Part shown: positions 28,945 to 43,191 of the stretch, in pieces | Numbering within the stretch: position 1 is the first letter of the stretch | Layout of the letters: the number at the start of each line of letters is the position of its first letter | Source of the DNA: Octopus vulgaris | Taxonomy: Eukaryota | Assembly: GCA_951406725.2 (NCBI GenBank) | Contig: OX597819.1 | Span: 18,848,001 to 18,912,000 of the forward strand | Direction: 5' to 3' | DNA length: 64,000 nt | Made by a program: the position numbers and the translations under genes | Notes under the pieces: generated by a model | The model's input: only the letters and a program-made list of their open reading frames with translations | Databases searched by the model: none | Told to the model about the DNA's origin: nothing

Positions 28945-29280
28945 AAAAAGATTTGAACACCTGGAGTAAAGCACCATCGAAAAGTGTCTTCGTGCGACTA
29001 TGAAAGATATCTAACCAGAGGCGGTAAATTCGCCACAATAGAAGCAAGGTTCGAGTCAACGAAGCATGCAAGGGAGTACTCGACTCGAACTTGCAAAGTG
29101 GAAATATTTTATTTTTACCTTTATATCTGGGACGTGGGACGTCCGGGATAAAAATTAAAAATGCCTTGCCCCCAATAGCAGTAGAAGTAGGCTGGATTGT
29201 AGCCACACTTCTATACAAGAGGGAGGACAAGATACAATTGATCGAAATTGCAAGAGACGGGCTTACAATTCCAGTCTGTT
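28945..29280 (+). pseudogene. Decayed RRM-like ORF (probable LINE ORF1), second copy
   Basis: STIEKCLRATMKDI(fs)TRGGKFATIEARFEST..ILFLPLYLGRGTSGIKIKNA; aligns with 5378-5475. Confidence 0.45.
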
Positions 29281-29631
29281 ATATATTTTGAGTATTGTTA
29301 TCACTAGCGATACCAAGATATAACTTTGTATTTTGTATTTTATGTGTAGATGTATATATATAGATGTACATGTAATGTGTACACACATATATATACACAT
29401 ATATACATGCACTAGCACTATGACCTGGCAACGACGGGTCATAATGGTAGTATTTTATATATTTTGTATATTATATTAATTATTGTTATTTTTATGCTTT
29501 GGTTTATGTTTTTCACTGTTTGATTTGCCTAATAGTGGTTTTATCTCTAATTTAATTTATATTTATACTGTGAAATTAGATTTAATCCTAAATCTAATTT
29601 TTCCCTGTAAGTTTGGATTTGCTCCCTATTA

Positions 29632-29685
<54 letters not shown>

Positions 29686-29686
<1 letters not shown>

Positions 29687-30082
29687 CTCTTTTACTCTTT
29701 TACATGTTTCAGTCATTTGACTGCGGCCATGCTGGAGCACCGCCTTTAGTCGAGCAAATAGACCCCGGGACTTATTCTTTGTAAGCCCAGTACTTATTGA
29801 ATCGGTTTCTTTTGCCGAACGGGGACGTAAACACACCAGCATTGGTTGTCAAGCAATGCTAAGGGTACAAACACAGTCACACAAACACATACATACATAT
29901 ACATATATATACATATATACGACAGGCTTCTTTCAGTTTCCGTCTACCAAATCCACTCACAAGGCTTTGGTCGGCCCGAGGCTGTAGCAGAAGACACTTG
30001 CCCAAGATGCCACGCAGTGGACTGAACCCGGAACCATGTGGTTGGTCAGCAAGCTACTTACCACACAGCCACTCCTGCGCCT
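29686..30082 (-). mobile_element. SINE family A, near full length
   Basis: Same A/B boxes, body and tail as 13228-13641. Confidence 0.92.
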
Positions 30083-30212
<130 letters not shown>

Positions 30213-30311
30213 TATCAATACATATATAAAATTAATTTATTATATATATATATCATTCAAGAGAAATATAGCTTCCTGAAGATTTCTCATCCTGTAAACT
30301 CCTTCTATATA

Positions 30312-30347
<36 letters not shown>

Positions 30348-30351
30348 AACA

Positions 30352-30457
30352 AGTACGTTCTTCATAGCCTTTATACACTCACACATCATATACACATCAT
30401 ATATATATATGATGTGTATATGATGTGTGAGTGTGTAAAAGCTATGAAGAACGTACT
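30352..30457. repeat. ~106-bp palindrome centred on a short (TA)n
   Basis: agtacgttcttcatagcctttatacactcacacatcatatacacatca-(ta)n-tgatgtgtatatgatgtgtgagtgtgtaaaagctatgaagaacgtact; 2 mismatches. Confidence 0.9.
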
Positions 30458-32004
30458 CATTGTATAGATAATATTGCCGGCTACGTCCATGATATGATGA
30501 TAAAAAGGATGGTGATGACAACATGGACGCCGAAATGAGTATGGCCGTTGAATGAAACAATGTGCCTGGAATTCGCTTTATCGATTATATCGAACAGATT
30601 CGTACGTCGTGGTCGCTTTCTGTACTATTTGATGTGAAAACCCAAATAACAGGAAAATGGACACCCTGAGGCGTTTAGTTTGAAAAACGATAATTTCTGC
30701 CACTCTTCACAATTGACCAATTCATTCGAACACACACACACACACATACACACACACATACACTCACACATACACTCACACACACACACACAAACACGTA
30801 CACACACGCACGCACACATACACACATACACTTAGACACACATACAGACACACGCATGCACATATAGGTATATGTATATATATATATATATATAGCTGAG
30901 GAGGAAGTATATAGGAAGCCTTCGTACTTCAAAGATGTGAATGACTAAACTTGAGCAGAAAATCCCGTTAATTTCCAAGGCTAATGCACATACAAATAGA
31001 AAATTACAGACTTAATACAGGCAGCCCACATTATATGAATAGTTAACAGCAATATTAACGTTGCGAATAATGAAGCCCCATGGAAGAACATAACATTGTA
31101 CTTTTACAAGAACAGGAATAGTGCTGTAAAGGAAATTTTGATTGTAAAATTCAATTATGGATCAAAAAGCCTTACTTGGGTATTGGAAATGGGAAGTAAG
31201 AATAGTCTTGATGTTATTCAATATCTGTGGATCCTGGAAACATTAGCCCTGGTTTTGCTCGCTTTAGTAATGAGCAGGTACATCGGTCGTTATGAGTAAG
31301 TGGCAAACAATTATGCCTTTAAAAACAAGACAGTGGATTATGGAATTCAACCCCATCTCTATTAGTAGAGGATTATTTCTGACAATGCATGCAATCCCTC
31401 CGACTTTCTCGTTCTATAAACACACACACACACACACACACACGCCATTGACATTTTTGTTCGACGCTAACACCTCCGGAAAAAAGACGTTATTCAGTGG
31501 AAACCGGCTATTTCTTACGTATAGATATAAGTCATAATATGCTGATTAAAAAAGGAAACAAATAGAGAAGTAGTGAACTATATCACAAGAATTCAGTTAA
31601 AGTATTGACATAAAATATGGTTACAAATATCGTCAAAGTATTTTGTTTAAAGGAGCGGAACTAACATTAGGGTTGATAAAATCTCTTCAACCTAATATAA
31701 TGGGATTCAGTATGTTGCAAGCTTTCCGATCAGATATTTCATATTTGGGTTATCGATGAATTCCGTTTTTTGCCCGCATAAATCTTGGCAACACTGCACA
31801 GATCGGTGTAAGGCTTTTCTCTTTTAACTCTAAGAAGAAATAAATAGTTTTTAGACAGCAAATGTGCTTATGGCAATTAATTATATAATAAATTACGATT
31901 CAATACATAGAAAACAAACTCGGGCAACCAGAAACGAAAAGGCAAAAACGAAAGAAGGGGAATAGAAATCGAACCCAGATAATATTTAACCATAGCAATA
32001 TATT

Positions 32005-32470
32005 CTCTTTTTTAGCTTTTACTTGTTCTACTCATTGGATTGCAGCCTGGATGTGGCACAACATTGAACTATTTCATCAAAAAAGTCGACCGCAGTTGTT
32101 ATTGTAAAGTACTTATTCTATCGCCTCATTTTACCGTACCGCTAAGTTACGTGGACGTAAACAAAACAACGCCGACTGTTAAGTGGTGATGGGGGACAAA
32201 CAGACATTGGAAAATACATCTACATACATACTCACAGACACACACAAACAAACATACACAGAGACACATCACACAAACACACACACATACACATACAAAC
32301 ACTTACATGTGCACGATGGTCTTCTTTCAATTTCCATATACCAATTCCACTCTCAATTCTTTGGTCTGTCCAGATCTAGAGTAGAAGACTCTTGCACAGG
32401 TTGCCACGAAATGAGATTGAACCCGGAATGATATGTTTGGAAAGCTAGCTAGGTACAAGACATCCACGTC
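32005..32470 (-). mobile_element. SINE family A, old diverged copy
   Basis: agtacttattctatcg..accgctaagttacgtggacgtaaac..gtagaagactcttgc..tgaacccggaa. Confidence 0.7.
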
Positions 32471-32819
32471 TTAACTGAACATCCACGATAAGCTATGTAA
32501 CACACTCTTCAGAGAAGTAAGAGCGAGATTCTTCGAGAATGGTATGAGGGCACTGAGAGAGTTTGATTTTGGTCGCTCGGCCTGTAACAAAGGACCAAAA
32601 CATCTCCATTTATAAGACACAGAAGTATTTTCATAAAACAAAGGACAAATTGAATGTTTATGTTAGTTTGTATTAAGGTTTACTGTGAAGGTTTTTGACA
32701 GGAATGTCTCAACCAGGTCTGGGGCACGACAGAAGCAAAAGCAATAAAATAATAACAACAACAACAACAGCAACACTAAAATATACATCTGTAGCTGCAT
32801 CTATATTTCGTTAATAAAA

Positions 32820-33185
32820 GGGTGTGTCTGTGGGGTAAGTAGCGTGCTTTCCAACTACATGGTTCCTGGCACGGTCCCACTGCGCCCTGGGCAAGTGTCG
32901 TCTACTGTAGCCTCGAGTCGACCAAACTCTTTTGAGTGGATTTGGTAGACGGAAACTGAAAGAAGCCCGTCGTGTACATATGTGTGTGTCTGTCTGTCTG
33001 TCTGTGTTTGTTCCCTCACCATTGCTTGACAACTGATGCTGGTGTGTGTAAATCCCCGTAACCTAGCGGTTCGGCAAGAGAGACAGATAGAATAAGTACT
33101 AGGCTCACAAAGAATAAGTCCGGGGTCGATTTGCTCGACTAAAGGTTGTGCTCCAGCATGGCTGTAGTCAAATAGCTGAAAAAAA
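32820..33185 (+). mobile_element. SINE family A
   Basis: ggtaagtagcgtgct..ctgggcaagtgtcgtctactgtagcc..gctccagcatggctgtagtcaaatagctgaaa. Confidence 0.85.
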
Positions 33186-33964
33186 AGCAGAATCTTTATA
33201 GCTTTCATAAATTATAGATATGCTACAAATTACATCAAATTCAAAACAGTACCACACTATATTTACATCTAGAAAGAAATGGCTGTCAAATCTCCGTTAA
33301 ATTTAAGCATTAAAGTTGTGAAAAGGCAAATGATATAGTTTGTGTTTTTCTAAAGTACCTTATGTTGGTGGGATGGACGATGAGCGGCAGAACTGACTTA
33401 GGATTAAACAAAAAGAAATATTAGAATTTTACACATTTCAAACAATATCCTGGACATGATGTTAAACGTCGTTCGATAATGGAGCGTTGGTTCACAAGTT
33501 TCGGGGATTCAGGAATGTGGAATCGCATCATAAACACAATAGTTCACAAGTCTGCTGTGACCTCGATCAGTGGCACCTGTCAGAGTCCCAGCTTTGTGTC
33601 AATTAGCATGTCACGGAATTACCTCTGCAAGGAGGACAGTCAGAGACACTGCAACGGACAGAGAGTCTGTGAGGTCCAGACAGATATTCAGCTGCGCTCA
33701 AGTAAGAGAATTAATGCCTTTCAAATCCTGCATGCAACACCATCCACCAACGACCGATGACAACATTGCAAATATATCACCATAAAGTTTATTTAGATAT
33801 TACATATCTGCCCCAAACTTTAGGATGAATTTTTCCAACACAAATAGTTCATGATGGTGACATATGTACCTCCGATCGACAAACATACAAAAGAGAGACG
33901 ACAGATTACATGACATAATATAATTACTAATGTCACCTCTGACATGCATAAAATAGTGAGCAAA

Positions 33965-34878
33965 ATAATATTCCTTTCTACTCTAGGCACAAGGCTCGAA
34001 ATGTTGGGGGACAGGGTCAGTCGATTAGATCGACCCCAATACGCAACTGGTACTTAGTTTATCGACCCCGAAAGGATGAAAGGCAAATTCGACCTCGGCT
34101 GAATTTTAATTCAGAGCGTAAAGACCGACGAAATACCTATTTCTTTACTACCCACAAGGGGCTAAACACAGAGAGGACAAACAAGGACAGACAAACGGAT
34201 AAAGTTGATTACATCAACCCCAGTGCGTAACTGGTAAGTAATTTATCAACCCCGAAAGGATGAAAGGCAAAGTCAACCTCGGCGGAATTTGAACTCAAAA
34301 CGTAGCGACAGAAGAAATACCGTTGAGCATTTCGCCTGGCGTGCTAACCGGTCTGCCAGCTCGCTGCGTTTGAGCCACATATTATTTACATTATTTACAT
34401 TTGACGGATTTTTAAATATAGAACTATTTAAATATAGAGATCTATTAAAAATAGAACTTGTTTCTATATTTGTTTCTTTATTGTTCACTGGGAGCTAAAC
34501 ATAGTGAGAACAAAGAAAGGGATTAAGTCGATTAGATCAACCTCAGTGCACATCTGGTACTTATTTAATCGACCAAGAAAGGATGAAAGACAAAGTCAAC
34601 CTCGGCTGAATTTGAACTCAGAACGTAGCGGCAGACGAAATACCTATTTCTTTACTACCGACAAGAGGCTACACACAGAGGGGACAAACAAGGACAGACA
34701 AACGGATTAAGTCGATTATACCGACCCCGTTGCGTAACTTGTACTTATTTAATCGACCCCAAAAGGAGGAAAGGCAAAGTTGACCTCGGTGGAATTTGAA
34801 CTCAGAACGTAGCGGCAGTCGAAATACCGCTAAGCATTTCGCCCGGCGTGCTAATGTTTCTGCCAGCTCACCGCCTTT
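33965..34878 (-). mobile_element. Cluster of SINE family B copies with tandemly reiterated ~180-bp Meta-like units
   Basis: Four repeats of atcgaccccgaaaggatgaaaggcaaagtc/ttgacctcggc..aatttgaactcagaacgt (~34060, 34245, 34568, 34752). tRNA heads lie at ~34330-34368 and ~34830-34878. Confidence 0.88.
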
Positions 34879-35274
34879 GAGCAAAATAATATTAATTGTT
34901 CAAAAAATGTAACCGTAATTATCACCACGAAGTAATTTATGATGGATGGGTTCTAAATGACAAGTGACCAGCTAAAAGTCGAAAAGAGAAGATTACAAAA
35001 TTGATGTGGTAGGAACTGAGGCATATATATAATAAACACTAGAAGAAAAGAGAGAGAGAGAGAGATGTATCTGTCCCCTTTAATCTCAACACGATAAAGA
35101 TATTTAATGGGGTACAGATAGAGATAGTTCTATCCTCAATGATAAGAACGTCACTGGATTGGTGGGGAGGATAAGTTATGAGGGAACAACCTCAAAGCTC
35201 CTGACAAAGAACGGAAAGAGAATAGTATAAGAAAAGAAAAGGGGAAAAACGCCTATAAAGAGAGGGCAAGAAAA

Positions 35275-35445
35275 ATGGGGGGGGCGGTGGTGACATTGAA
35301 GATGATGACTGTGAAGAGAATAAAGATGAAGATTATAATTCGAAGAATAACGATCATGATGATCATGATGACGACGACGATGGCATCGACGAAGATGATG
35401 ATGATGTTGATGTTGATAATGACGACGACGATGATGATGACGATG

Positions 35446-35481
<36 letters not shown>

Positions 35482-35817
35482 TTGATGATGATAATGATGA
35501 TGTTGATGATGAGGATAGGTGGAGGGGAAGTGACGATGATGACTGAAATGCTCATTTTTGGAGCGTTGTTGTTGAAGGTGACGTTGATGGTGGATGGTTG
35601 GTGATATTGATATTGACGATGATGATGATGATGATATTGATTGTCCTGATGATCGTAGTAGTGATGATGATGGTCACGATAATGGTGGTGCGCCTAACGG
35701 CGGACAGTATGAGTGCGACAGTGGTGACCGTGTAAACTACGATAATGTTAGTGATGATGATGAAGATGATGATGATGATGATGATTATGATTATGATGAT
35801 TATGATAATGGTGATAG

Positions 35818-35858
<41 letters not shown>

Positions 35859-35880
35859 ATGATGATGATTATGATGATGG

Positions 35881-35912
<32 letters not shown>

Positions 35913-35991
35913 ATGATAATGGTGATGATGATGATGATTATGATAATGGTGATAGTGATGATGATGATGATGATGATGATTATGATGATGG

Positions 35992-36049
<58 letters not shown>

Positions 36050-36068
36050 GATGAGGAGGAGGATGATA

Positions 36069-36100
<32 letters not shown>

Positions 36101-36320
36101 GGATGATAATGATGATATCAATAGCGATGATAATATCTATACGTTGGATCGACGCCGCCGTCGACGACGACGACGATAATGATGATGAGGATGGAGTAAA
36201 TAGTGATGTTGATGATCATGATGATGATGGAGATGATGATAATAATAGTAATAATGATACTGACGTTGGCGGTGACTGCGATGGCGGCGAAGCTGAAGAT
36301 GATGTACATTGAAGATGATG
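35275..36320 (+). repeat. ~1-kb degenerate (GAT)n array with higher-order units
   Basis: Recurrent gattatgataatggtgat(agt) units within GAT runs. Confidence 0.9.
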
Positions 36321-36854
36321 TGAATGTGGCGACGTTGACGAGGAATGGCGCCGAAATCACTCGACGAACAAAAAATGCAGCTGCGGCTGAGACTTTCAAC
36401 AACAACCACAACAACATCAGCAACAACAACAATAACAACAAGAGCGAAAGTAGTAAAAGAGTTCTTAAGAAGATTCTTTTTTAATAAATACGAAAATTCT
36501 TTCTCATAATAAAAATTAAGGAAGCTGGCTGATTTTTTCAATAATTGTTGTTCTGTTGCAATTCCTTGCAATTCTTTGAGCGTGGTTTGTCGGAAATATG
36601 GTGACAGCACCACTCATCTGACAAACCATTCACTTTAATTAAAGAAATAATTATTCTTTCCTTCTTTCTTTGTTTTCTTTTAAGGGTTTCGAAAATCAAT
36701 CGACGAAACAATTGTGATTTGTTTCCTATTATCGATTTTCGTAAGAATTCTTTCATTTTCTTTCTTTTCTCTAATTTTACTCTTCTTATCTTCTACAAAA
36801 TCATCATCAACATCATCATCATCATCATCTTCATCATCATCATTATCATCATCG

Positions 36855-36887
<33 letters not shown>

Positions 36888-36915
36888 ATTTTATTGTTCT
36901 TAGTATTATTATCAA

Positions 36916-37020
<105 letters not shown>

Positions 37021-37159
37021 ACTAAATGATGGAGATCGACATTTTATGAACGTCAGCGTCAGCAGCATCTTCTTTGTTGTCGTTGTCATCACTATAATAT
37101 CTTCTTTGTTGTCGTCAACATCATCATGATGTGTGTCGTCACTATTTTTATTATTATTA

Positions 37160-37225
<66 letters not shown>

Positions 37226-37228
<3 letters not shown>

Positions 37229-37441
37229 TTTTTCTTTTATTTTTTTACTTGTTTCAGTCATTTGACTGCGGCCATGCTGGAGCACCGCCTTTAGTCAAGC
37301 AAATCGACCCCGGGACTTATTCTTTGTAAGCCCAGTACTTATTCTATCGGTCTCTTTTGCCGAACCGCTAAGTGACGGGGACGTAAACACACCAGCATCG
37401 GTTGTCAATCAATACTAGAGGGACAAACACAGACACACAAG

Positions 37442-37495
<54 letters not shown>

Positions 37496-37655
37496 TGTGA
37501 CAGGCTTCTTTCAGTTTCCTTCTACCAAATTCACTCACAAGGCATTGGTTGGCCCGAGGCTATAGCAGAAGACACTTGCCCAAGATGCCATGCAGTGGGA
37601 CTGAACCCTCAACCATGTGGTTGGTTAGCAAGCTACTTACCACACACCCACTCCT

Positions 37656-37657
<2 letters not shown>
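37226..37657 (-). mobile_element. SINE family A, full length
   Basis: Complete head-to-tail match to family A. Confidence 0.92.
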
Positions 37658-37691
<34 letters not shown>

Positions 37692-37694
37692 GTG

Positions 37695-37762
<68 letters not shown>

Positions 37763-37888
37763 AGTAGTCAGCAGAGTATTGTGTCAGGTTTGGTAATAAG
37801 TTAATCCTCAAATCCGAAGAATCTTTTTGAAGGATACTTGCAGGATAAAGAACTGCGTTTTTTAGGAAGTCGAAAATACATTTATTAA

Positions 37889-38110
37889 GGGCCGCATGCT
37901 GGCAGAATCGTTAGCACGCCAGTCAAAATACTTTCCGGCATTTCGCCAGACTTTATGTTCCGAGTTCAAATTCCGCCAAGGTGGACTTTGTCTCTCATCC
38001 TTTCGGACAAAATAAAATACGTACGTACCAGTTGAGCTTTGTGGGGGTTAATGTAATAGAATTACTATCCCTCCCCGGAATTGCTGATCTTGTGCAAAAA
38101 TTTACAACCG
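37889..38110 (+). mobile_element. SINE family B
   Basis: gctggcagaatcgttagcacgcc..gagttcaaattccgccaaggtggactttgtctctcatcctttcgg. Confidence 0.8.
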
Positions 38111-38401
38111 CTGCTTTTTTGAATATTATTATATATCCATTACTATTTTTTTATTGATGTGTTTAGTTGTGTGGTATTTTGTCTGGTTTTTTTTTTCCTG
38201 GAGGCAGATGTCACTTTGAGAAGGGTCGTTGATGTGATGTGATATGAAACTGTATGATATATATATATATATGAATATAAATTATATATAAAAATACAAA
38301 ATGGGACAAGAACGCAAAACACACAAAGAGACGACACAAAAAGCAGACGGGTCATTCGAAGCCTCTAATCTTCAGTCATCCTCGCAATTTCGGCTGATTA
38401 A

Positions 38402-38640
<239 letters not shown>

Positions 38641-38835
38641 ATATTGTTCAAAGGTTATATGGATACAGTTTGTGTATCAAATAGCTAACTTAAGGCGATG
38701 GCCTCATGGAGCTAATAAGCGGTCAGCTTTATTCTTATTTTTATAAGAATGCCATATTAATATGGCGATAACTAATATTTTCCGGGAACGCTGCCGTTGT
38801 TCTCTTTTAGAGAGACTTAGTAATTTTAATATTTC

Positions 38836-38960
<125 letters not shown>

Positions 38961-39055
38961 TATACATATACATATATATATATATACATATATAAGTGTG
39001 TGTGTGTGTGTCTTTTAGCGATGAACATTGAAAACAGTAGTAGTAGTAGTAGTAA

Positions 39056-39093
<38 letters not shown>

Positions 39094-39794
39094 TAGGGGT
39101 GCATGGTCAGTAACAGCCTGTAGCTGCATCCAGAAAGTGTCTCTGATTCTCTACAACTCCAAAGGAATGACATCTTCGCATCAATCAGGTAATAACCCTC
39201 CAGCCCATGGCTCTGTTTTGTTAGTCGTTGCTGGTGAGGGTTTTACGAGGCTGGGTTGCAAATGCTAATCCAACCTCATTTAGCTCCCTTTGAGGACACG
39301 CAGAAGTAACGTTGGGTCTTACGTTTGACAATCCTCCGGAGAGGAACGGAATTATCGCAATCCATAATTGATTAAATAAGAGATGCGATTCAACAAAAAT
39401 GTGAAAGCTAACTTGTAGACAATCGTAAAATATCAAACCATCGAATTGTAAATTATTTTTGAGGCCAAAGTGATAGCACAGTACCTTTCAATCCCCCAAA
39501 ATGTGGCCCTTGCTTTCCCTTGATTCCGAAATCATTGTCTGGTTGTCACATAATTAAGTTAACTGAGAAGTTCTCTTCATTTCATCAATTCATTCTTAAT
39601 CACCAACAGTCCCCTAAAGATTTTTGTTCCCTTTTACTCTCACGACGAAAAACATTTTGCAAAATCCTGTTCGATTTAAATACTCAGCCAAGTCGATATT
39701 TGAAAACGCCCCAATTTCAGAGAACTCACCAATATTTCATATACATATATATGTGTGTGTGTATGTATGTGTGTGTGTGGATATATGTATGTGC

Positions 39795-39828
<34 letters not shown>

Positions 39829-39973
39829 ATATTTGCATATACATAAATATGTGTGCACCAGCAAACGTACACACACGCACACACGCATTTATGTGTGTGT
39901 ATGTGACCTCGTGTGTACCGTTGGCGATTTTTTTCCCTCTGTCTTCCCTTCTCTGGATCTTTCCTTCTCCTAT

Positions 39974-40008
39974 GTTTCTGACGAAGAGCTCCGCTCGAAA
40001 CGTTTAAC
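39974..40008 (+). ncRNA. Minimal (PLE-type) hammerhead ribozyme motif
   Basis: GTTT-CTGACGA-A-GAGC-tcc-GCTC-GAAACGTT-TAAC. Core is intact, stem II is 4 bp, and stem III is a loopless palindromic ACGT as in dimeric minimal hammerheads. Confidence 0.65.
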
Positions 40009-42379
40009 CCTCCTTCTTCCTTTCTTTCATGAGCGTCCAAGAATACTATATTTGTTCCATGTCCTCGCGTTGTTGTATTTTTTTTGTGTTTTCTTGTTTG
40101 GATGAACTAAAATATATATATATATATATATGGGGGGGCGGTATGTATACATATCTACATATATGCATATTTGTCTATGCATTTGAGTTTACGTGCTTGT
40201 ATTGAGGCATACTACCACATGCACCACGTACGTGCATATAATATAGAAGCTACGATGTACAGTATATAAACATACTCATGCATACACTCACAGTGAGAGA
40301 GAGAGAGAGAGAGAGTGAGCCGAGTTGGAAACTGACTATGACTTTAAGATGAGTTGAGAGATTGTGTGGGAGAGAATGTCGATCTGTTTACATGTCAAGT
40401 GACTTGATTTTTATTTATTTAAATTGCATTTAAGCATAAGATTTTTACGGCGGTAGTTACACAACGGTTTCGAGTCACATATATCGTTTCTTGAAATTTA
40501 TAATAATTCATATCATTACCTTATGATAACCATTTTGTCTGAAACAAGTATTCCATAGAAGGAAAAGAAGGGACTCACACATTCTGTCACTAGACTGAAA
40601 TTTTAAAGGAGAGAAATTAAACGATGGCTGGGAGTTTCAGAGTGAAGTAGTTTGAGGAAAGAAGCTATTAGAATAAAAAAAAAAGATCTATGACTCAGTG
40701 GAAGCTCAACAGAGAAACAATGTTCCTAGGGTGAAAAGCGGGTAACACGTTTAAAAGAGTTGGCAGTGTACTAAACCAGAAAGTCTCTCAGAGCACTGAG
40801 CATGGAAATAATTACAGAGACGACACATGGAAGATACATTCTGACTATGAGACATTTACATCTTTCTTGTTGCTTTTAATTAATTCTACGATATAGATAA
40901 GTGAATTTAATGATACCTCTTATATTACATGGCTACAACGTCTAAAACGCCCAAGAAAAAGTGGGTTTTTTTTTTAAACTTCATTCTTTCCTATAATATG
41001 TTCCTATTTGTTACATAACTATCCAATAAATCCTATGTCTTCAGAAAGGAGAATTTGAGAAATTATTTTGATGTAACGAAGCCTTTCTTTTACAATAATG
41101 TAGTAATTGTCCGACGAACGCTTATGTTGTGGCTATGATTTTAATTAATGCAGCAACTACACATCTCTCATGTCTTACTTCACGATTTCAAATACGTGAA
41201 GCAAAAACGAGAGAATGTCAACCACAACAGGGCGATGTTGCAAAGATTTGTATGTATTTTCTCAATCGTTTGCAGAAAAAGGAATCATATTTTAGCTAAA
41301 CTATAGAAATAAAAATAACAAAATTCATGAACCCGAATATTTTCTTTTTCTCCATTCAAATCACAAATTTCAACAAGAGTGCAAAATGAAGTTTATAAGA
41401 GGTCACTTCTCTGGCTAGAAATATCAACGGAGTTCTTTGAAATCATACCTTACACGTTGGGGTATTTATTTTGATTTCTCTGAAATCCCTGTACATAACA
41501 AAGACATTGTTTGTTCACAGATGAAATGCTTTTATTCAAGAGCTTGCTGCCACAAAAGCAACAAAAGCAATAATGACAGCAGCAACAACAGCAAAAACAA
41601 TTCTCAGAAGCTGTCCAAAGATCAAAGTCAATTCCCTTCAATCTCTAACTAAGATATTTATATCTGTATATCTATATATTTCCCCCAAAATATTACTTGT
41701 CTTTCGTTTGTAATATTGAGGTTGAAAATCGGTTCAGTTTAATATAGATAGAAATAAAATCCGACAATATACAAGAAATGTTGAAAGTGTAAGACCCTTA
41801 TGATGCACAAATCTATTATTCTTTCATGATTAAATGTCATTTAAAATAATTCTCTATCATATTTTTTGGTGTCTTTATACATTCATCTCTGTTGCTTTTA
41901 TGTTGAACAGGATTGTAAGGAGCAAAAGAACAGAGTTCGTAATCTCTGAGGATGAGTAGAAAGAATGTGGATTTTGATTGCCGCTTCCAACAGCTTAAAA
42001 TGTTCCCAACAGAAAGGAATGGTTGAAGCACACACGGGATTTACTGCAAATCTCGATTGATAACAACGTAGAATGAAGAAAAGAGGTGAAGTCTCCAGAC
42101 GCAATGGCAAAATTTATTGATGTGGAGAGAATACCAAGGGAAGATTGGAGACTTTGGAAATAACTGAACAAAATATAACAATTCTCCGAAAGGAACAACA
42201 ATAACAACTATAAAACTAACGGCAATAAATAAACTAATTTATACAATGCGCGCGCACACAAACACTTAAACACATGCACATACACACATACATAATATTA
42301 TAATATATATATATATTATATATTATCATATAGATATGTATTATACATATAAAAATATGTATATATATGTATATCTCTT

Positions 42380-42431
<52 letters not shown>

Positions 42432-42641
42432 CCTATCTATCTATTTGCCTCTCCCTTTCTATCTATTTGTCTCTCTATAGAGAGAGAGAATGAGAGAGAG
42501 AGAGAGAGAGAGAGAGAGGAACAGGGAGCTGAGTAAAACAATTACTAGATAGTTATTAAATATATATATATTGAATTACCTCCAAACGCATATCTCTAGA
42601 ACAACATTCAAAATAATATGAAAATAAAGATGATGATACTA

Positions 42642-42693
<52 letters not shown>

Positions 42694-42877
42694 GCTACAA
42701 CTACTACTACTACTACTAGTAGTAGTAGTACAAATTGCATATTTTATAGAGCAAGCATTCACGTAGTATACATAGGAAGATGGATAGAGTGATACACAGA
42801 CGTATGTGTGTTTCTATGTGTGTACGCGTGTGTGTATATACATAATTATATATATTGAGTTTGAAAATTATATATAT

Positions 42878-42909
<32 letters not shown>

Positions 42910-42912
42910 ACG

Positions 42913-42955
<43 letters not shown>

Positions 42956-42961
<6 letters not shown>

Positions 42962-43083
42962 TTTATAGAAGGAGCTTCTACAGGACTAGAACTGTTTCAT
43001 TCAAAAGAAATCATCAGGATCCTGATGATTTCTTTTGAATGAAACAGTTCTAGTCCTGTAGATGCTCCTTCTATAAAATAAAT
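42956..43083. repeat. 128-bp palindrome centred on GGATCC, with hammerhead-like boxes in each arm
   Basis: Spacerless, one mismatched pair. Each arm reads CTGATGA-tttc-tttt-gaat-GAAAC-agttcta-GTC outward from the centre. Confidence 0.9.
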
Positions 43084-43148
43084 TAATTTACTCTGCTATG
43101 TATTGAGTACCTTATTTACTGTGGTTAACCCCGACTCAACCCGGGACC

Positions 43149-43191
<43 letters not shown>

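Noticed and set aside
33479-33785. Possible LINE RT fragment
   Set aside because: Only vague resemblance; no recognisable QG or YADD motif
33965-34878. Regularly spaced repeats suggestive of a CRISPR-like array
   Set aside because: Units are ~180-bp SINE bodies with no unique spacers; eukaryotic context and no cas genes
41449-41488. Possible 40-nt minus-strand exon (acag|..DFREIKINTPTCK|gtatg)
   Set aside because: Splice-like signals of this quality arise by chance; no homology or partner exons
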